The notes under the pieces: model-generated
The model's input: only the letters and a program-made list of their open reading frames with translations
Told to the model about the DNA's origin: nothing
Databases searched by the model: none
Made by a program: the position numbers and the translations under genes
In this document: positions 29,216 through 38,221 of the stretch, piece by piece
Numbering within the stretch: position 1 is the stretch's first letter
Layout of the letters: every line of letters begins with the position of its first letter
Assembly: GCA_026390435.1 (NCBI GenBank)
Contig: JAPLFY010000117.1
Coordinates: forward strand, 27,181 to 91,180
Length of the DNA: 64,000 bases
Reading direction: 5' to 3'
Source of the DNA: Pseudomonadota bacterium
Lineage (GTDB): Bacteria > Bdellovibrionota_B > Oligoflexia > Oligoflexales > CAIYRB01

Positions 29216-30697
29216 ATGGAAACAAAAATAATCAACTTATCTCCTGGGGAACTCACGTTCCAGAGTGGAAATAGTGTCGTAGGTGCGCAGGTTGGGCGCA
29301 ATACATTAATCTGTATGATGTCAGAGCAGCATACCTCTGCTGGTCTGATACTTAGCACAGCGCAATCGAATCTAAGTCTAGACTATGACTTGGAAAAATT
29401 ACTAGATAAAGTCGGAGAATCGATCGGTAAAATTGAGCCATCGCAATGGACTTTCAAAGCCATCGGACCGAAACACTTACTAGATCATTCCGCACAATTT
29501 TTGGCCAGTAAAGGCTTTGATCTTAAAGCAGCACATCTGACTGCACCCGAGAACATTGAAGCTTTTCTATATGTGCAGCAAGTACGCCTGCGCATACGGG
29601 AAATAGGTCCCACTACACCAGCCGGTAAAGAACGCGGAAAACAAAAAAGAGTTCTGATTATAGATGATTCGCGAACTATGCGAGAACTGCTCCAACGAAT
29701 TTTATCGGCCGATCCCGATCTTGAAGTTGTGGGTCTTGCTGATAGACCGTCTCAGGTTGAGGACATGATTAAATCTCTCAAGCCTGATGTACTGACCATG
29801 GATATAGACATGCCTGAGTGTGACGGTCCCACTCTAATAGGACGCCTCCTACCAAAGTATCCGATACCAATTGTGCTGATATCAGCATTGGGTATGGAAC
29901 AAGGTCGACAGGTTTTACGTGGATTAGAACTTGGTGCTGTCGACTATGTGCAAAAGCCGGTGCTCGACAAGCTCGACGAAGCCAGCATTGTGATCAGAGA
30001 AAAAGTTAGAATGGCTGCAGATATTAAAATCAAAACGCGAGTGGGCAGCGATGCAAAACTAAGGGCAGCACCTAAACCGTTTCGACATTCTGCCGCAGTC
30101 GAAAAAGTGATCATAGCAATCGGAGCATCGACGGGCGGACCCGAGACACTGACGCAATTTTTTAAGAGCCTCCCAGAAAATATCCCACCAATTCTCGTTG
30201 TTCAGCATATTCCTCCAATTTTTTCCGGTGCATTTGCCGCACGCCTTGACGGCATGCTCCCGTTTCGGGTCAAAGAGGCGGAAGATCACGACGAGGTGAA
30301 ACCTAATCAGGTTCTCATTGCACCGGGCGGCAAACAGATGGCTGTCCTCAAAAAAGGCTCGCAGTTCTATGTACGCATTCGAGATGATCAGCCGATGAGC
30401 GGTCACAAACCATCCGTCGACTATCTGTTTGAATCGGTAGCGCAAGCCGCAGGTGAATTCGCAATCGGTATGCTAATGACTGGTATGGGGACAGACGGAG
30501 CCAAAGGCCTATTATCAATGATGCAAAAGGGCGCGAGGACTATTGCACAAGATGAGGCTTCGAGCATCGTCTATGGCATGCCTAAAGCTGCGGTCCAAAA
30601 TGGCTCGGCACAGATTATTTGCAGCCTTGATCAAATGTCGGAGACACTTGCTGAGTTGTTGGGGGGCGGCCTTGGCATCAAGCGCCGCGTTGGATAA
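29216..30697 (+). CDS. cheB: CheB methylesterase/response regulator with extra N-terminal CheD-like (apparently inactive) domain
   Basis: 493 aa. REC (VLIIDDS, TMDIDMP, VDYVQKP). Intact esterase blocks IAIGASTGGP, VVQHIP, HKPSVD, GMGTDG and VYGMPKAA. The first ~135 aa have a CheD-like layout (INLSPGELTF...VGAQVGRNTLICM) without the GSC cysteine. Confidence 0.8.
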   Translation: METKIINLSPGELTFQSGNSVVGAQVGRNTLICMMSEQHTSAGLILSTAQSNLSLDYDLEKLLDKVGESIGKIEPSQWTFKAIGPKHLLDHSAQFLASKGFDLKAAHLTAPENIEAFLYVQQVRLRIREIGPTTPAGKERGKQKRVLIIDDSRTMRELLQRILSADPDLEVVGLADRPSQVEDMIKSLKPDVLTMDIDMPECDGPTLIGRLLPKYPIPIVLISALGMEQGRQVLRGLELGAVDYVQKPVLDKLDEASIVIREKVRMAADIKIKTRVGSDAKLRAAPKPFRHSAAVEKVIIAIGASTGGPETLTQFFKSLPENIPPILVVQHIPPIFSGAFAARLDGMLPFRVKEAEDHDEVKPNQVLIAPGGKQMAVLKKGSQFYVRIRDDQPMSGHKPSVDYLFESVAQAAGEFAIGMLMTGMGTDGAKGLLSMMQKGARTIAQDEASSIVYGMPKAAVQNGSAQIICSLDQMSETLAELLGGGLGIKRRVG

Positions 30698-30701
30698 GGC
30701 G

Positions 30702-30815
30702 TTAATAAGACGCTAAGGCCTCACACACACGACGCCAGACCAGATCGCCGAATGCTTTTCGTCCCTTGATATTCGGATGGAAACAGTCGGGCGATAAATA
30801 GTCACTTTTAAAGGC
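30702..30815 (-). pseudogene. Relic of the C-terminus of an SGNH/GDSL hydrolase
   Basis: Minus-strand frame with no start codon reads AFKSDYLSPDCFHPNIKGRKAFGDLVWRRVCEALASY*. The DCFHPN block is SGNH block V (DxxH). It resembles the C-terminus DCIHPDVTIQEAIGHHMWDIV of 46496..47557. Confidence 0.35.
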
Positions 30816-30860
30816 TCACGTTGAGGACAGTAGCTTCCACTGCAAAAACATGGGTGCTAA

Positions 30861-31436
30861 TCATAGCGCGTGATAAAAATGCACGCCAATAGCCGGAGCA
30901 GACCCAACCACCACTGTTTGGTCAGCAAGTTTACCCCATCTCCAACTTATCTCTGGTGCTAAGCCAATCCCCCCAAGGTCCCACTCGTAGCCCACTCCGC
31001 CCAAAAGACTGTGGCCACGAAGCTGACCGGCGGCTCCATTGCTAGTCAGTTGGGCATCGAAAACCCCACATTTGAAAAACAGATTTACAAGATTAGGCAG
31101 CGGGAAAAATTTACCCTCAAGGCCAAGGTGCACTAAGCGGATTGTGCTCGAATAGGACTCAAGCGGGGATTTGGCATGAAGCATGGCCCAAAGTGGACTA
31201 CCGGCTAGACCGAGAGACCACCTAAACGGTTCCTCGTACCAAACATTAATCGTATTGGTGAACCCAACATAAGACGAGGTTCCCAACTTGTTAGTGATTC
31301 GCATAGTTTCATAATGCTCGCGAGCACGCATTCGGATTTGCCCAGCTTCGGCACATTGAGTTCCTAGTCCAAAAAACACATAGGCTGCGAATGCCAATAC
31401 CTTCAGCTTAGCCAGCTTAGCCATACCACCATCCAT
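30861..31436 (-). CDS. Small outer-membrane beta-barrel-like protein (hypothetical)
   Basis: 191 aa. Signal-like N-terminus (LKVLAFAAYVFFGLGTQCAEA). Alternating hydrophobic beta-strand pattern with Gly/aromatic-rich strands. Confidence 0.4.
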   Translation of the reverse strand: MDGGMAKLAKLKVLAFAAYVFFGLGTQCAEAGQIRMRAREHYETMRITNKLGTSSYVGFTNTINVWYEEPFRWSLGLAGSPLWAMLHAKSPLESYSSTIRLVHLGLEGKFFPLPNLVNLFFKCGVFDAQLTSNGAAGQLRGHSLLGGVGYEWDLGGIGLAPEISWRWGKLADQTVVVGSAPAIGVHFYHAL

Positions 31437-31773
31437 GGAGTTGCGATCAGTCTTGGTAATTTTTAAAAAATTGGATCAAAACAAAGTTATCACAGATTCT
31501 TAAAATACCACTACTGCAAATGGTCAGTGCCAACTCCCGCAAAAGTCTGGAAATGCAGCGCGGTGAATTGCACTGCAGATCATCAGCCGGGCGCCATTCT
31601 CAAGCGCCTCGAAAATCAGTCGGCATATTTATTGCAACAGGCTGTCGCAAACACTCAGTCCGTGTAGGCGGTCTACACAGTATGAGCGTGGAGAACCACT
31701 TCTGCTTCCCAGTGGTTCTTAATTCTGGCATCGTCTTGATAAGAACTAATATTGATTTGACGAGGTAAACACT

Positions 31774-32343
31774 ATGCGACACCTATTCGCTCGGCTCTCT
31801 GCTGCTGTAACTTTGTGCTTAGCTATTACTGCGTGCGGATCGGCAACTGCTCCTAAGAGCAGCCGCTTACTTTCACAGCTAGAAGACAGACCAAAAGTTA
31901 CAACCGTAGAAATCTTTTATTGGAACAACAAAAATCTGGGCTTTGGCCACGTCGCTGCTGGACTGACAGGTTCTGGCCCAGAAGGTTTCCATTACATAAG
32001 TTACGCAATGGGCAATGATTACTCTGCCGACATGCAAAAACACGGTAAGGACCCCAAGCGCATAAGACTGCCTGAGCGCACACCCGAGCAAATGGAAGAA
32101 TTTGAACGCTGGTACGCTAGTAGCAGCTATAACGAAGTTAAAAGTGACACCTATGGCAAGGACTACAGCATGCTAAAGCATAACTGCGCCCATGCCGTTC
32201 TTGACGTGCTAAGGGCACTCTCCTACGACGTACCGATGTCCGGCAAAGCTCCAATAGCGCTGATGCCGTACCAAATATCTAAACTCGCAAAAAAAATTGT
32301 TGATAATGCCGCTGAAGCTGAAGCTGAAGCTAAAGCTGGTTAA
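31774..32343 (+). CDS. Lipoprotein with PPPDE/DeSI-like (permuted papain) His...Cys motif
   Basis: 189 aa. Lipobox LAITAC. GFGHVAAGL (His block) and YSMLKHNCAHAVLDVLRAL (Cys block) resemble the PPPDE signature Y..l.kNCNHF. The C-terminus is an AEAEAEAKA repeat. Confidence 0.4.
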   Translation: MRHLFARLSAAVTLCLAITACGSATAPKSSRLLSQLEDRPKVTTVEIFYWNNKNLGFGHVAAGLTGSGPEGFHYISYAMGNDYSADMQKHGKDPKRIRLPERTPEQMEEFERWYASSSYNEVKSDTYGKDYSMLKHNCAHAVLDVLRALSYDVPMSGKAPIALMPYQISKLAKKIVDNAAEAEAEAKAG

Positions 32344-32377
32344 TACGTTCTAGCCTCTAAACAAAAGGAATCGGCGT

Positions 32378-34726
32378 TCACTCTGATTCCTTTAAGAGGC
32401 GCCTCAGCTCAAAGACCCATGATGGGTCTCCGGCAACCTGCTGATAATGAGCCTTATAGAATACCGCCGGTTGGCCAATGGGCGCATCGATCACGTGCCA
32501 TCCTCGCGTGTTTCTGTGCCCTGTTGGTAAATGCTCCCAGCCATCATCAGGCAAATATATCCAGACTTTCTGCGCGCCCGGATCAAATACCGGCGCGACC
32601 AGCACATCTCTACCGAGCAAAAATTGTGTGGCTAATCCAGCGGTTTCTGGGTCATCTGGATAATGCAGCCAAAGCGGCCGTACCAACGGCAAACCGTCAT
32701 GCGACGCCTCATTCATAAGCGTCAAGCGATAGCTTGCTAGGGCTGCATAAACCCTGGCAAATCGAGATAGATGTGCCAGTGATGTTTCGTTGTCGTAAAC
32801 CTGAGCATTCGCCTCAGGAATATTTCCCTCGTGCGTCCTTAGCACCGCAGTGAAGGCATTCATTTCGGTCCACCGACGCATTAACTCGGGTGACCGCTGA
32901 AATCTGAGAACTGGGCTATTAACAGTGGTGTAGCCCCCTGTATCGCTATGGTTGAGAGAAAATCCTGACAAACCACTGGTCAACAAACCGGTAAGTGCTG
33001 TCCGCATGCCATCGTAGCCGTCCCAAGATACCATCTGATCACCAAGCCAAAACAAACGCGTGATGCCGGGACTTCTGGTGAAAGCTGATCGCGAAAAAAC
33101 GAGAGAATCATCCCAAGAACCATGTTCCTCAAGCACTTCCCTGTTTAGTCGTGCCCACTCTTCTGGATATTGGTTATGGTAAGTCTTGGCCTCTGCCCCT
33201 GCCAACTTAGCATCCATCGGCAGGGCCTCGCCAAAATCCGCCATCCAGCCACTCGTTCCGACACTGAGCACCTGATCGGCGACGACGCTTTTAAACCATG
33301 TACGAGCCGATGGATTTGAGAGGTCCAGCAAACCTGCTGCAAAACTTGTGTTTTGAATCATGTAAGGCGCATCTGCCAGGTCTTTCACCAGGAATCCTGC
33401 AGCCAAAGCTTCGGCAAATAAATTGCGCCGCACTCCAGCTTTATTGGATGGATCTGTGAGAAATGGATTCACATAAGTGAGCAGCCGAACACCCTGAGTA
33501 CGAAGCTCTGCAGCAAACACCCCTAAGTCTGCATAACTTTCTTGGTCTAGCTCCCAGTTCCACCAGAGCTGGGAACCAAATGAGGTCTTACGCCTACCGA
33601 CCCAGTCCTGAATCCATAGTGCGCTGACCGGAACTCCCGCCTGCCGCAGACTCTGGAAAATGTGCCGCACGCGGGCAAGCCCACCCTGAACGCCGATGAT
33701 TGCTCCCTCACCTACCCAACTAGGCAAGGGCTTCATCCTACCCGCGTATCTGGTATGCACCTCAATCAATTCAGCCGGACTTTTTGCCGCGAAAAGTTGA
33801 AGATTGATGTGATTAGCAAACACCCCGATGCGTATATTATTACTCTGGCGCAAATCAAACTGCGAGTACTCGCTCTCTTCCAACACTAGAGAGTGGCGGT
33901 CGCTACTAGTATAGTGGGGAACAGCGCCATAACTTGTCCACCAATCACCGGCAACACCGCGCCCCTGAGTAAGGTTAACTGCGGAGGAGAAAGGCTGGAG
34001 TCCTCTCCCCACCCCTTGTTCTTGGCAAAGAATCGGAACAAGTTGTCCCTTCATGTCAAATTGACTGTACTGCATGCCGAAGCCGTAAATATGCTCGCCT
34101 TGATGCGAGCGATAAGTCAGAAATATGCGATTATACTCAGAACCTCCATTTGGCTGAGTCACGGATAATTGCATGTGAAGACGCTCGCCATCTATAGAAG
34201 CGAGCCGCAACTTCCAGCGCCCACTACACCCACGACCGCGCAAGCTCCCAGCAAGCTCGACGCCATGTTCGTCAGCGCTCCAAGACTCCACACTTTGGTC
34301 GCGGCAATAATGGCGCATGTGGTCATTAATACGAATCGATCCACGCACCTCACGCGTCGTCTCAACCCCAGTGCCTGCCGCCACAAAGGTCTGACCAGGC
34401 AGAGTCGCCCAGAGCGGTTCACCTGGGTATAAGGGGTGCAGAATGACAAGTTGAGCGTCCCCTTTGTCACGACCTCGCCACTGCACCGTAAATTGACCGA
34501 GCTTCGCCTCAAGGGATCGCTCCATTCCTTGATCAGTAGCCAAGATGCCGAAGCGTGGACAGAGACCACGCAAGATCCCATCCCCGCAATCATCTATGAG
34601 CAGACCTTGAGTGAATTTATCCGCAGTTGCCAGAGCCGGGTAGCTTAAACACAGCGGCAAGGCCAAAAGCTGAAGTAAAAAAGACACAACTGAAGCGATC
34701 TTTATACTGCTGAACTTTACGCTCAT
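32378..34726 (-). CDS. Secreted glycoside hydrolase family 31 (YihQ-like subfamily)
   Basis: 782 aa with a signal peptide. WIQDWVG, nucleophile block GWMADFGEALP and acid/base block NHSDTGGYT. Confidence 0.85.
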   Translation of the reverse strand: MSVKFSSIKIASVVSFLLQLLALPLCLSYPALATADKFTQGLLIDDCGDGILRGLCPRFGILATDQGMERSLEAKLGQFTVQWRGRDKGDAQLVILHPLYPGEPLWATLPGQTFVAAGTGVETTREVRGSIRINDHMRHYCRDQSVESWSADEHGVELAGSLRGRGCSGRWKLRLASIDGERLHMQLSVTQPNGGSEYNRIFLTYRSHQGEHIYGFGMQYSQFDMKGQLVPILCQEQGVGRGLQPFSSAVNLTQGRGVAGDWWTSYGAVPHYTSSDRHSLVLEESEYSQFDLRQSNNIRIGVFANHINLQLFAAKSPAELIEVHTRYAGRMKPLPSWVGEGAIIGVQGGLARVRHIFQSLRQAGVPVSALWIQDWVGRRKTSFGSQLWWNWELDQESYADLGVFAAELRTQGVRLLTYVNPFLTDPSNKAGVRRNLFAEALAAGFLVKDLADAPYMIQNTSFAAGLLDLSNPSARTWFKSVVADQVLSVGTSGWMADFGEALPMDAKLAGAEAKTYHNQYPEEWARLNREVLEEHGSWDDSLVFSRSAFTRSPGITRLFWLGDQMVSWDGYDGMRTALTGLLTSGLSGFSLNHSDTGGYTTVNSPVLRFQRSPELMRRWTEMNAFTAVLRTHEGNIPEANAQVYDNETSLAHLSRFARVYAALASYRLTLMNEASHDGLPLVRPLWLHYPDDPETAGLATQFLLGRDVLVAPVFDPGAQKVWIYLPDDGWEHLPTGHRNTRGWHVIDAPIGQPAVFYKAHYQQVAGDPSWVFELRRLLKESE

Positions 34727-34745
34727 AAAATCTGACTCTCCGCAT

Positions 34746-35903
34746 TCATTTGTTATGCGCGCTGAAGTGCATCCTTCCCACTAACGAAATCCCTAAGCCG
34801 AGCATTGCCACAACCAGAAAAGACCAGCGCAGGTTGCTGACCCCAGCTATCCAGCCGATTAGCGGCGGCCCCAGCAAGAAACCAACAAATCCAATGGTCG
34901 AGGTGGCAGCAATTGCAGCACTTGGGGTCAAATCAGAGCTTTGCCCAGCTTGACTATACACCAGGGGCACCACAGCTGAGGTTCCCACACCCACCAAGAG
35001 GAAGCCTATCACGCCGGTCGTGACACTAGGGTATGCAATGGCTAGCACTAAGCCGCAGGCCACAAAAAGGCCGCAAGCTGTGAGGATCCGGCGCGGCCCA
35101 AATTTTACGGTTAGATGATCCGCAAGAAAGCGAGATGTGGCCATTGCTCCCATAAACGCACCGTAGCCCAGTCCCACATTAGCAGGGGATGCATTGAGCA
35201 CGCTCTGAAAATAGACGCCACTCCAGTCGAACATCGCACCTTCGCAAATCATCGAGCAAAAGGCGATAAATCCCAAGCCAACTAAAGACCGCGGTGGCCT
35301 AACAAAAAGCCGGGTGCGCGCCCGGCTGCCCTCCGGGCAGAGTAAAAAAGCATGCGCATTGAGAGCCACACCAACCGCAATGATCAGGAATATTAGACAG
35401 AAGTGCTTAAAAGGAGAAATCTCATGACCCAGCATGAAACTACCAATCGCAGCACCGACGAATCCAGCCGTACTCCACAAGCCGTGAAGTGAGGCCATAA
35501 TTGGTCGCTGCATCAATAACTCCAAGCCAACGGCCTGAGTATTGCCGGAAACGCTGATCACATTGCTTAGGCAACCAATCCCAAACAAGGCGATGGCTAG
35601 CATGAACGGTGTCTCGATCAAGCCGATGCTCACATACAACAAGCCATTGAGCACCAGGGCTACGTTCAAAGTACGCCTGACACCAACTCGCGTAACTACG
35701 GCAGACGAGAGAAAACTGGTCAAAATAGAACCGCAAGGCAAGGCAAACAGCAGGGTGCCCAGTAGGCTTTCACTTAGGCCTAACTTGTGCTGAATTGTGG
35801 GAATGCGCGACGCCCAACTGGAAAAGCAGAGTCCGTTCAGGAAAAAGGCACTGCCTATTGCAACCCAGCTACGCCGGGGAGAAACATTCGGAGGAAGCTG
35901 CAT
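34746..35903 (-). CDS. MFS transporter
   Basis: 385 aa with about 12 hydrophobic helices. The start lies directly downstream of GH31 (19-nt gap), so probably an operon. Confidence 0.8.
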   Translation of the reverse strand: MQLPPNVSPRRSWVAIGSAFFLNGLCFSSWASRIPTIQHKLGLSESLLGTLLFALPCGSILTSFLSSAVVTRVGVRRTLNVALVLNGLLYVSIGLIETPFMLAIALFGIGCLSNVISVSGNTQAVGLELLMQRPIMASLHGLWSTAGFVGAAIGSFMLGHEISPFKHFCLIFLIIAVGVALNAHAFLLCPEGSRARTRLFVRPPRSLVGLGFIAFCSMICEGAMFDWSGVYFQSVLNASPANVGLGYGAFMGAMATSRFLADHLTVKFGPRRILTACGLFVACGLVLAIAYPSVTTGVIGFLLVGVGTSAVVPLVYSQAGQSSDLTPSAAIAATSTIGFVGFLLGPPLIGWIAGVSNLRWSFLVVAMLGLGISLVGRMHFSAHNK

Positions 35904-35942
35904 GGGAGTGTCATAGCCCTTTTTGTCGCCAACGCATCTAGA

Positions 35943-36800
35943 TCAAATTGGAAATAACACTCTAATGCCTGCAGAACCAGTAATAAGTCCAAGTTGAAAG
36001 TTCCTAAGGTCCGTGCCATTCGGATAATCAGAAATCAACTTCGACCCGAGCGGACCGGAGAGCGTCTGTTCCTCCCCAACAAAAACGGACAGAGCCCCTG
36101 TAGATACGCGGACTAATATCAAGGCTATCTCACCAAAAGCCGACGGCTGGATTACATAACGAATTTTTTCTTCTTTAAAGATTTTAAGCCGCCCCCCAAC
36201 CGTTTGAACCCCCAAACCCAGTTTGAACAGCACATCCGGCAAATACCTTGGGGTCAGACCAAACCGCAAGTACCCTTGCCAGTTGATCCCGTACGCCTCT
36301 ATGTAGGCTTTGGTCAGAGGTTGTTCACCATCCGCCGGAGCCTGCTCACTTGAACTATTGCTGGAGGCTGACGTGGAGGCGCTACTTTGCAGGGAGCTAC
36401 CGGACTTGGAGGTAGAACCTAGAGGGCTTTTAGGCTTAGATCCAAGCCCGCCCTTATAGGAGATAGTGCTAAAAGTAAAAGCGGGCTCGAAGTAGAACAA
36501 ACCCTGTCGCTTGAAGGGCTCCTCGATAAAGAGGCTGCTATCAGACGCGCCACTTGTATCCGGAGCCAAATATGCTTGGCAACGCATCATACTGCTGGAT
36601 TCAACGCTCTCAGAGCAATCCTGTGGCAGTTTGCTTACGATCGGCGCATCGTAGGAAATCGATGCATAGCTAGTGGTCGTCGAATAAACATAACCAAGAT
36701 TATACCCAGAAAAATAACCACCATTTTCAGCAAACGCCTGTTCGGGCGTTACCAGAGGAAGTGCACACAGACAAAGTATAATGTAGGCTTTGTTAATCAT
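35943..36800 (-). CDS. Secreted Ser-rich beta-barrel-like protein (hypothetical)
   Basis: 285 aa. Signal peptide, central low-complexity Ser-rich stretch (SKSGSSLQSSASTSASSNSSSE), and beta-strand-like ends terminating ...RVLFPI. Confidence 0.4.
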   Translation of the reverse strand: MINKAYIILCLCALPLVTPEQAFAENGGYFSGYNLGYVYSTTTSYASISYDAPIVSKLPQDCSESVESSSMMRCQAYLAPDTSGASDSSLFIEEPFKRQGLFYFEPAFTFSTISYKGGLGSKPKSPLGSTSKSGSSLQSSASTSASSNSSSEQAPADGEQPLTKAYIEAYGINWQGYLRFGLTPRYLPDVLFKLGLGVQTVGGRLKIFKEEKIRYVIQPSAFGEIALILVRVSTGALSVFVGEEQTLSGPLGSKLISDYPNGTDLRNFQLGLITGSAGIRVLFPI

Positions 36801-36940
36801 GAGTGATTCATCGGCACCCGATGAGCTAACTTGATCAACTGCCGGCTAAATCTGTGCTTCGGCCAGAAAAAACGCCTTCCATAACAGAAAATAAATAGTT
36901 ATTTTAAATAGTTGAGTCGCCCTCTGACGGCATCAGACTC

Positions 36941-37369
36941 TTGTATGAATCCAACGGAGTACTACCCTTGCAACCACCATCTCTGCGCCCCAGCGCAAAT
37001 ATTTGTACAAGACCTAGCCCGGGTAAAGGCCGCGGCGTCTTCACCACGCGGCGCATCGGAGTCGGACAAATTATTGAAACCGCGCCGGTTTTAGTGGTGC
37101 CTAAAAAAGATGTGGCGTTAATTACCGAATCGTTTCTCGGCCACTATCTTTTTCACACCGACAACAAAAAACACTTAGTTATCGGCCTGGGCTTCGCCTC
37201 TCTGATTAATCATGGCGAGAATGCCAACGCAGAATTTCTAATTTCCACCGAATCAATCATAGTCAGGGCTCGTCGGACCATTCCGAGCGGCGCAGAAGTC
37301 ACTATTGACTATGGCTGGAGAGCCGAGGAGTGGGCGCTGATTGGAGTAGGATTCCCCCCACCAGCCTAA
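36941..37369 (+). CDS. SET-domain protein (putative protein-lysine methyltransferase)
   Basis: 142 aa. GKGRGVFTTRRIGVGQIIE, LINHGENANAEF (NH..xN block) and EVTIDYG. The start is uncertain (TTG 36941). Confidence 0.7.
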   Translation: MYESNGVLPLQPPSLRPSANICTRPSPGKGRGVFTTRRIGVGQIIETAPVLVVPKKDVALITESFLGHYLFHTDNKKHLVIGLGFASLINHGENANAEFLISTESIIVRARRTIPSGAEVTIDYGWRAEEWALIGVGFPPPA

Positions 37370-37381
37370 GTATGGTGACCG

Positions 37382-37431
37382 ATAAATGAACAAACGCATG
37401 ACATCAAAACATCATGCGCTTGCTCATTTAT
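37382..37431. terminator. Long hairpin between convergent genes (bidirectional terminator candidate)
   Basis: ATAAATGAACAAACGCATGA (37382-37401) and TCATGCGCTTGCTCATTTAT (37412-37431) pair at 18 of 20 positions around a 10-nt loop. The hairpin lies between the SET gene and the DUF4142-like gene. Confidence 0.5.
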
Positions 37432-37452
37432 GAACTACAATTGTAAAGAAAA

Positions 37453-38028
37453 CTATTCCAGCCCCAGCTGGACTTGAAGTGCATTTGCGCGCTCGATAAA
37501 CTGCTGAAGTTCGGCACGCATTGAGCTTAGATAGTCTTTGAGACCTTGATTCTGTACTGATGCAAGCATACCGCCATCAAGCAAATCAACAAGTTTTTGT
37601 TCCGATGTAATCTGCTGTTGAAGGTAGCGCTGATCAAATGCAGGGCCTTTTACCATATAAAGCATCGCTAAATCACGATACCCCTGGCCGATCAGAAGCA
37701 AACTCGTCGCACTCTCCCATGGCCTAATTTTCTCTTTGTTTAAAACCGCATCAAAATCAGCAATAAATTTTTCGTGGTCGGTAGTGACAGCATTCACGTA
37801 CTCAACCAATTCCGCATTAACAGCGTGCTTCTGAGCAAACTTTGCTCGATTTATGATCTGCTCGTTAGCCACATGTACGACTCGAGCAATCTTTGGATCG
37901 CTATTGCGAGCTTCAAGATCCACCGCATCTTCGCTAGCGGCATAGGCTGTGACAGTGGCCAATCCCGTAGACAATGACGATGTCAAAACGGCAGCCAAAA
38001 TTGCGGAACGTTTATTCAGTAAAAACAT
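37453..38028 (-). CDS. Secreted DUF4142-like four-helix protein
   Basis: ORF track starts at TTG 38046. ATG 38028 follows AAGGAG by 7 nt. Signal peptide present. Two repeats of the pattern ...A..H.....L with GPAFDQRYLQQQITSEQKLVDLL, as in DUF4142. Confidence 0.55.
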   Translation of the reverse strand: MFLLNKRSAILAAVLTSSLSTGLATVTAYAASEDAVDLEARNSDPKIARVVHVANEQIINRAKFAQKHAVNAELVEYVNAVTTDHEKFIADFDAVLNKEKIRPWESATSLLLIGQGYRDLAMLYMVKGPAFDQRYLQQQITSEQKLVDLLDGGMLASVQNQGLKDYLSSMRAELQQFIERANALQVQLGLE

Positions 38029-38221
38029 AAGATAACTCCTTAGCAAAGAAATTTATCCAACTTCAAGTTTGATAAATATCGTTACCGGAATTAATGCAAT
38101 ACAATTTAATATTTTGTTTTGTTTTTTGAAAAAAACCGCAAAAATAACGAGTTTTTTGATCCAAATTGTATTGAAATTACTCTAAATGAATCAAATTTAC
38201 TACACTCTGCGCGCTTCGGTA

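Noticed and set aside
32378-34726. Calling the YihQ-like GH31 a sulfoquinovosidase (with the adjacent MFS gene as an SQ-related transporter)
   Set aside because: As I recall the E. coli YihQ motif FGKRVMWNW, the position aligned with its sulfonate-binding Arg reads Gln here (FGSQLWWNW). No sulfoglycolysis genes are nearby. Generic GH31 is kept.
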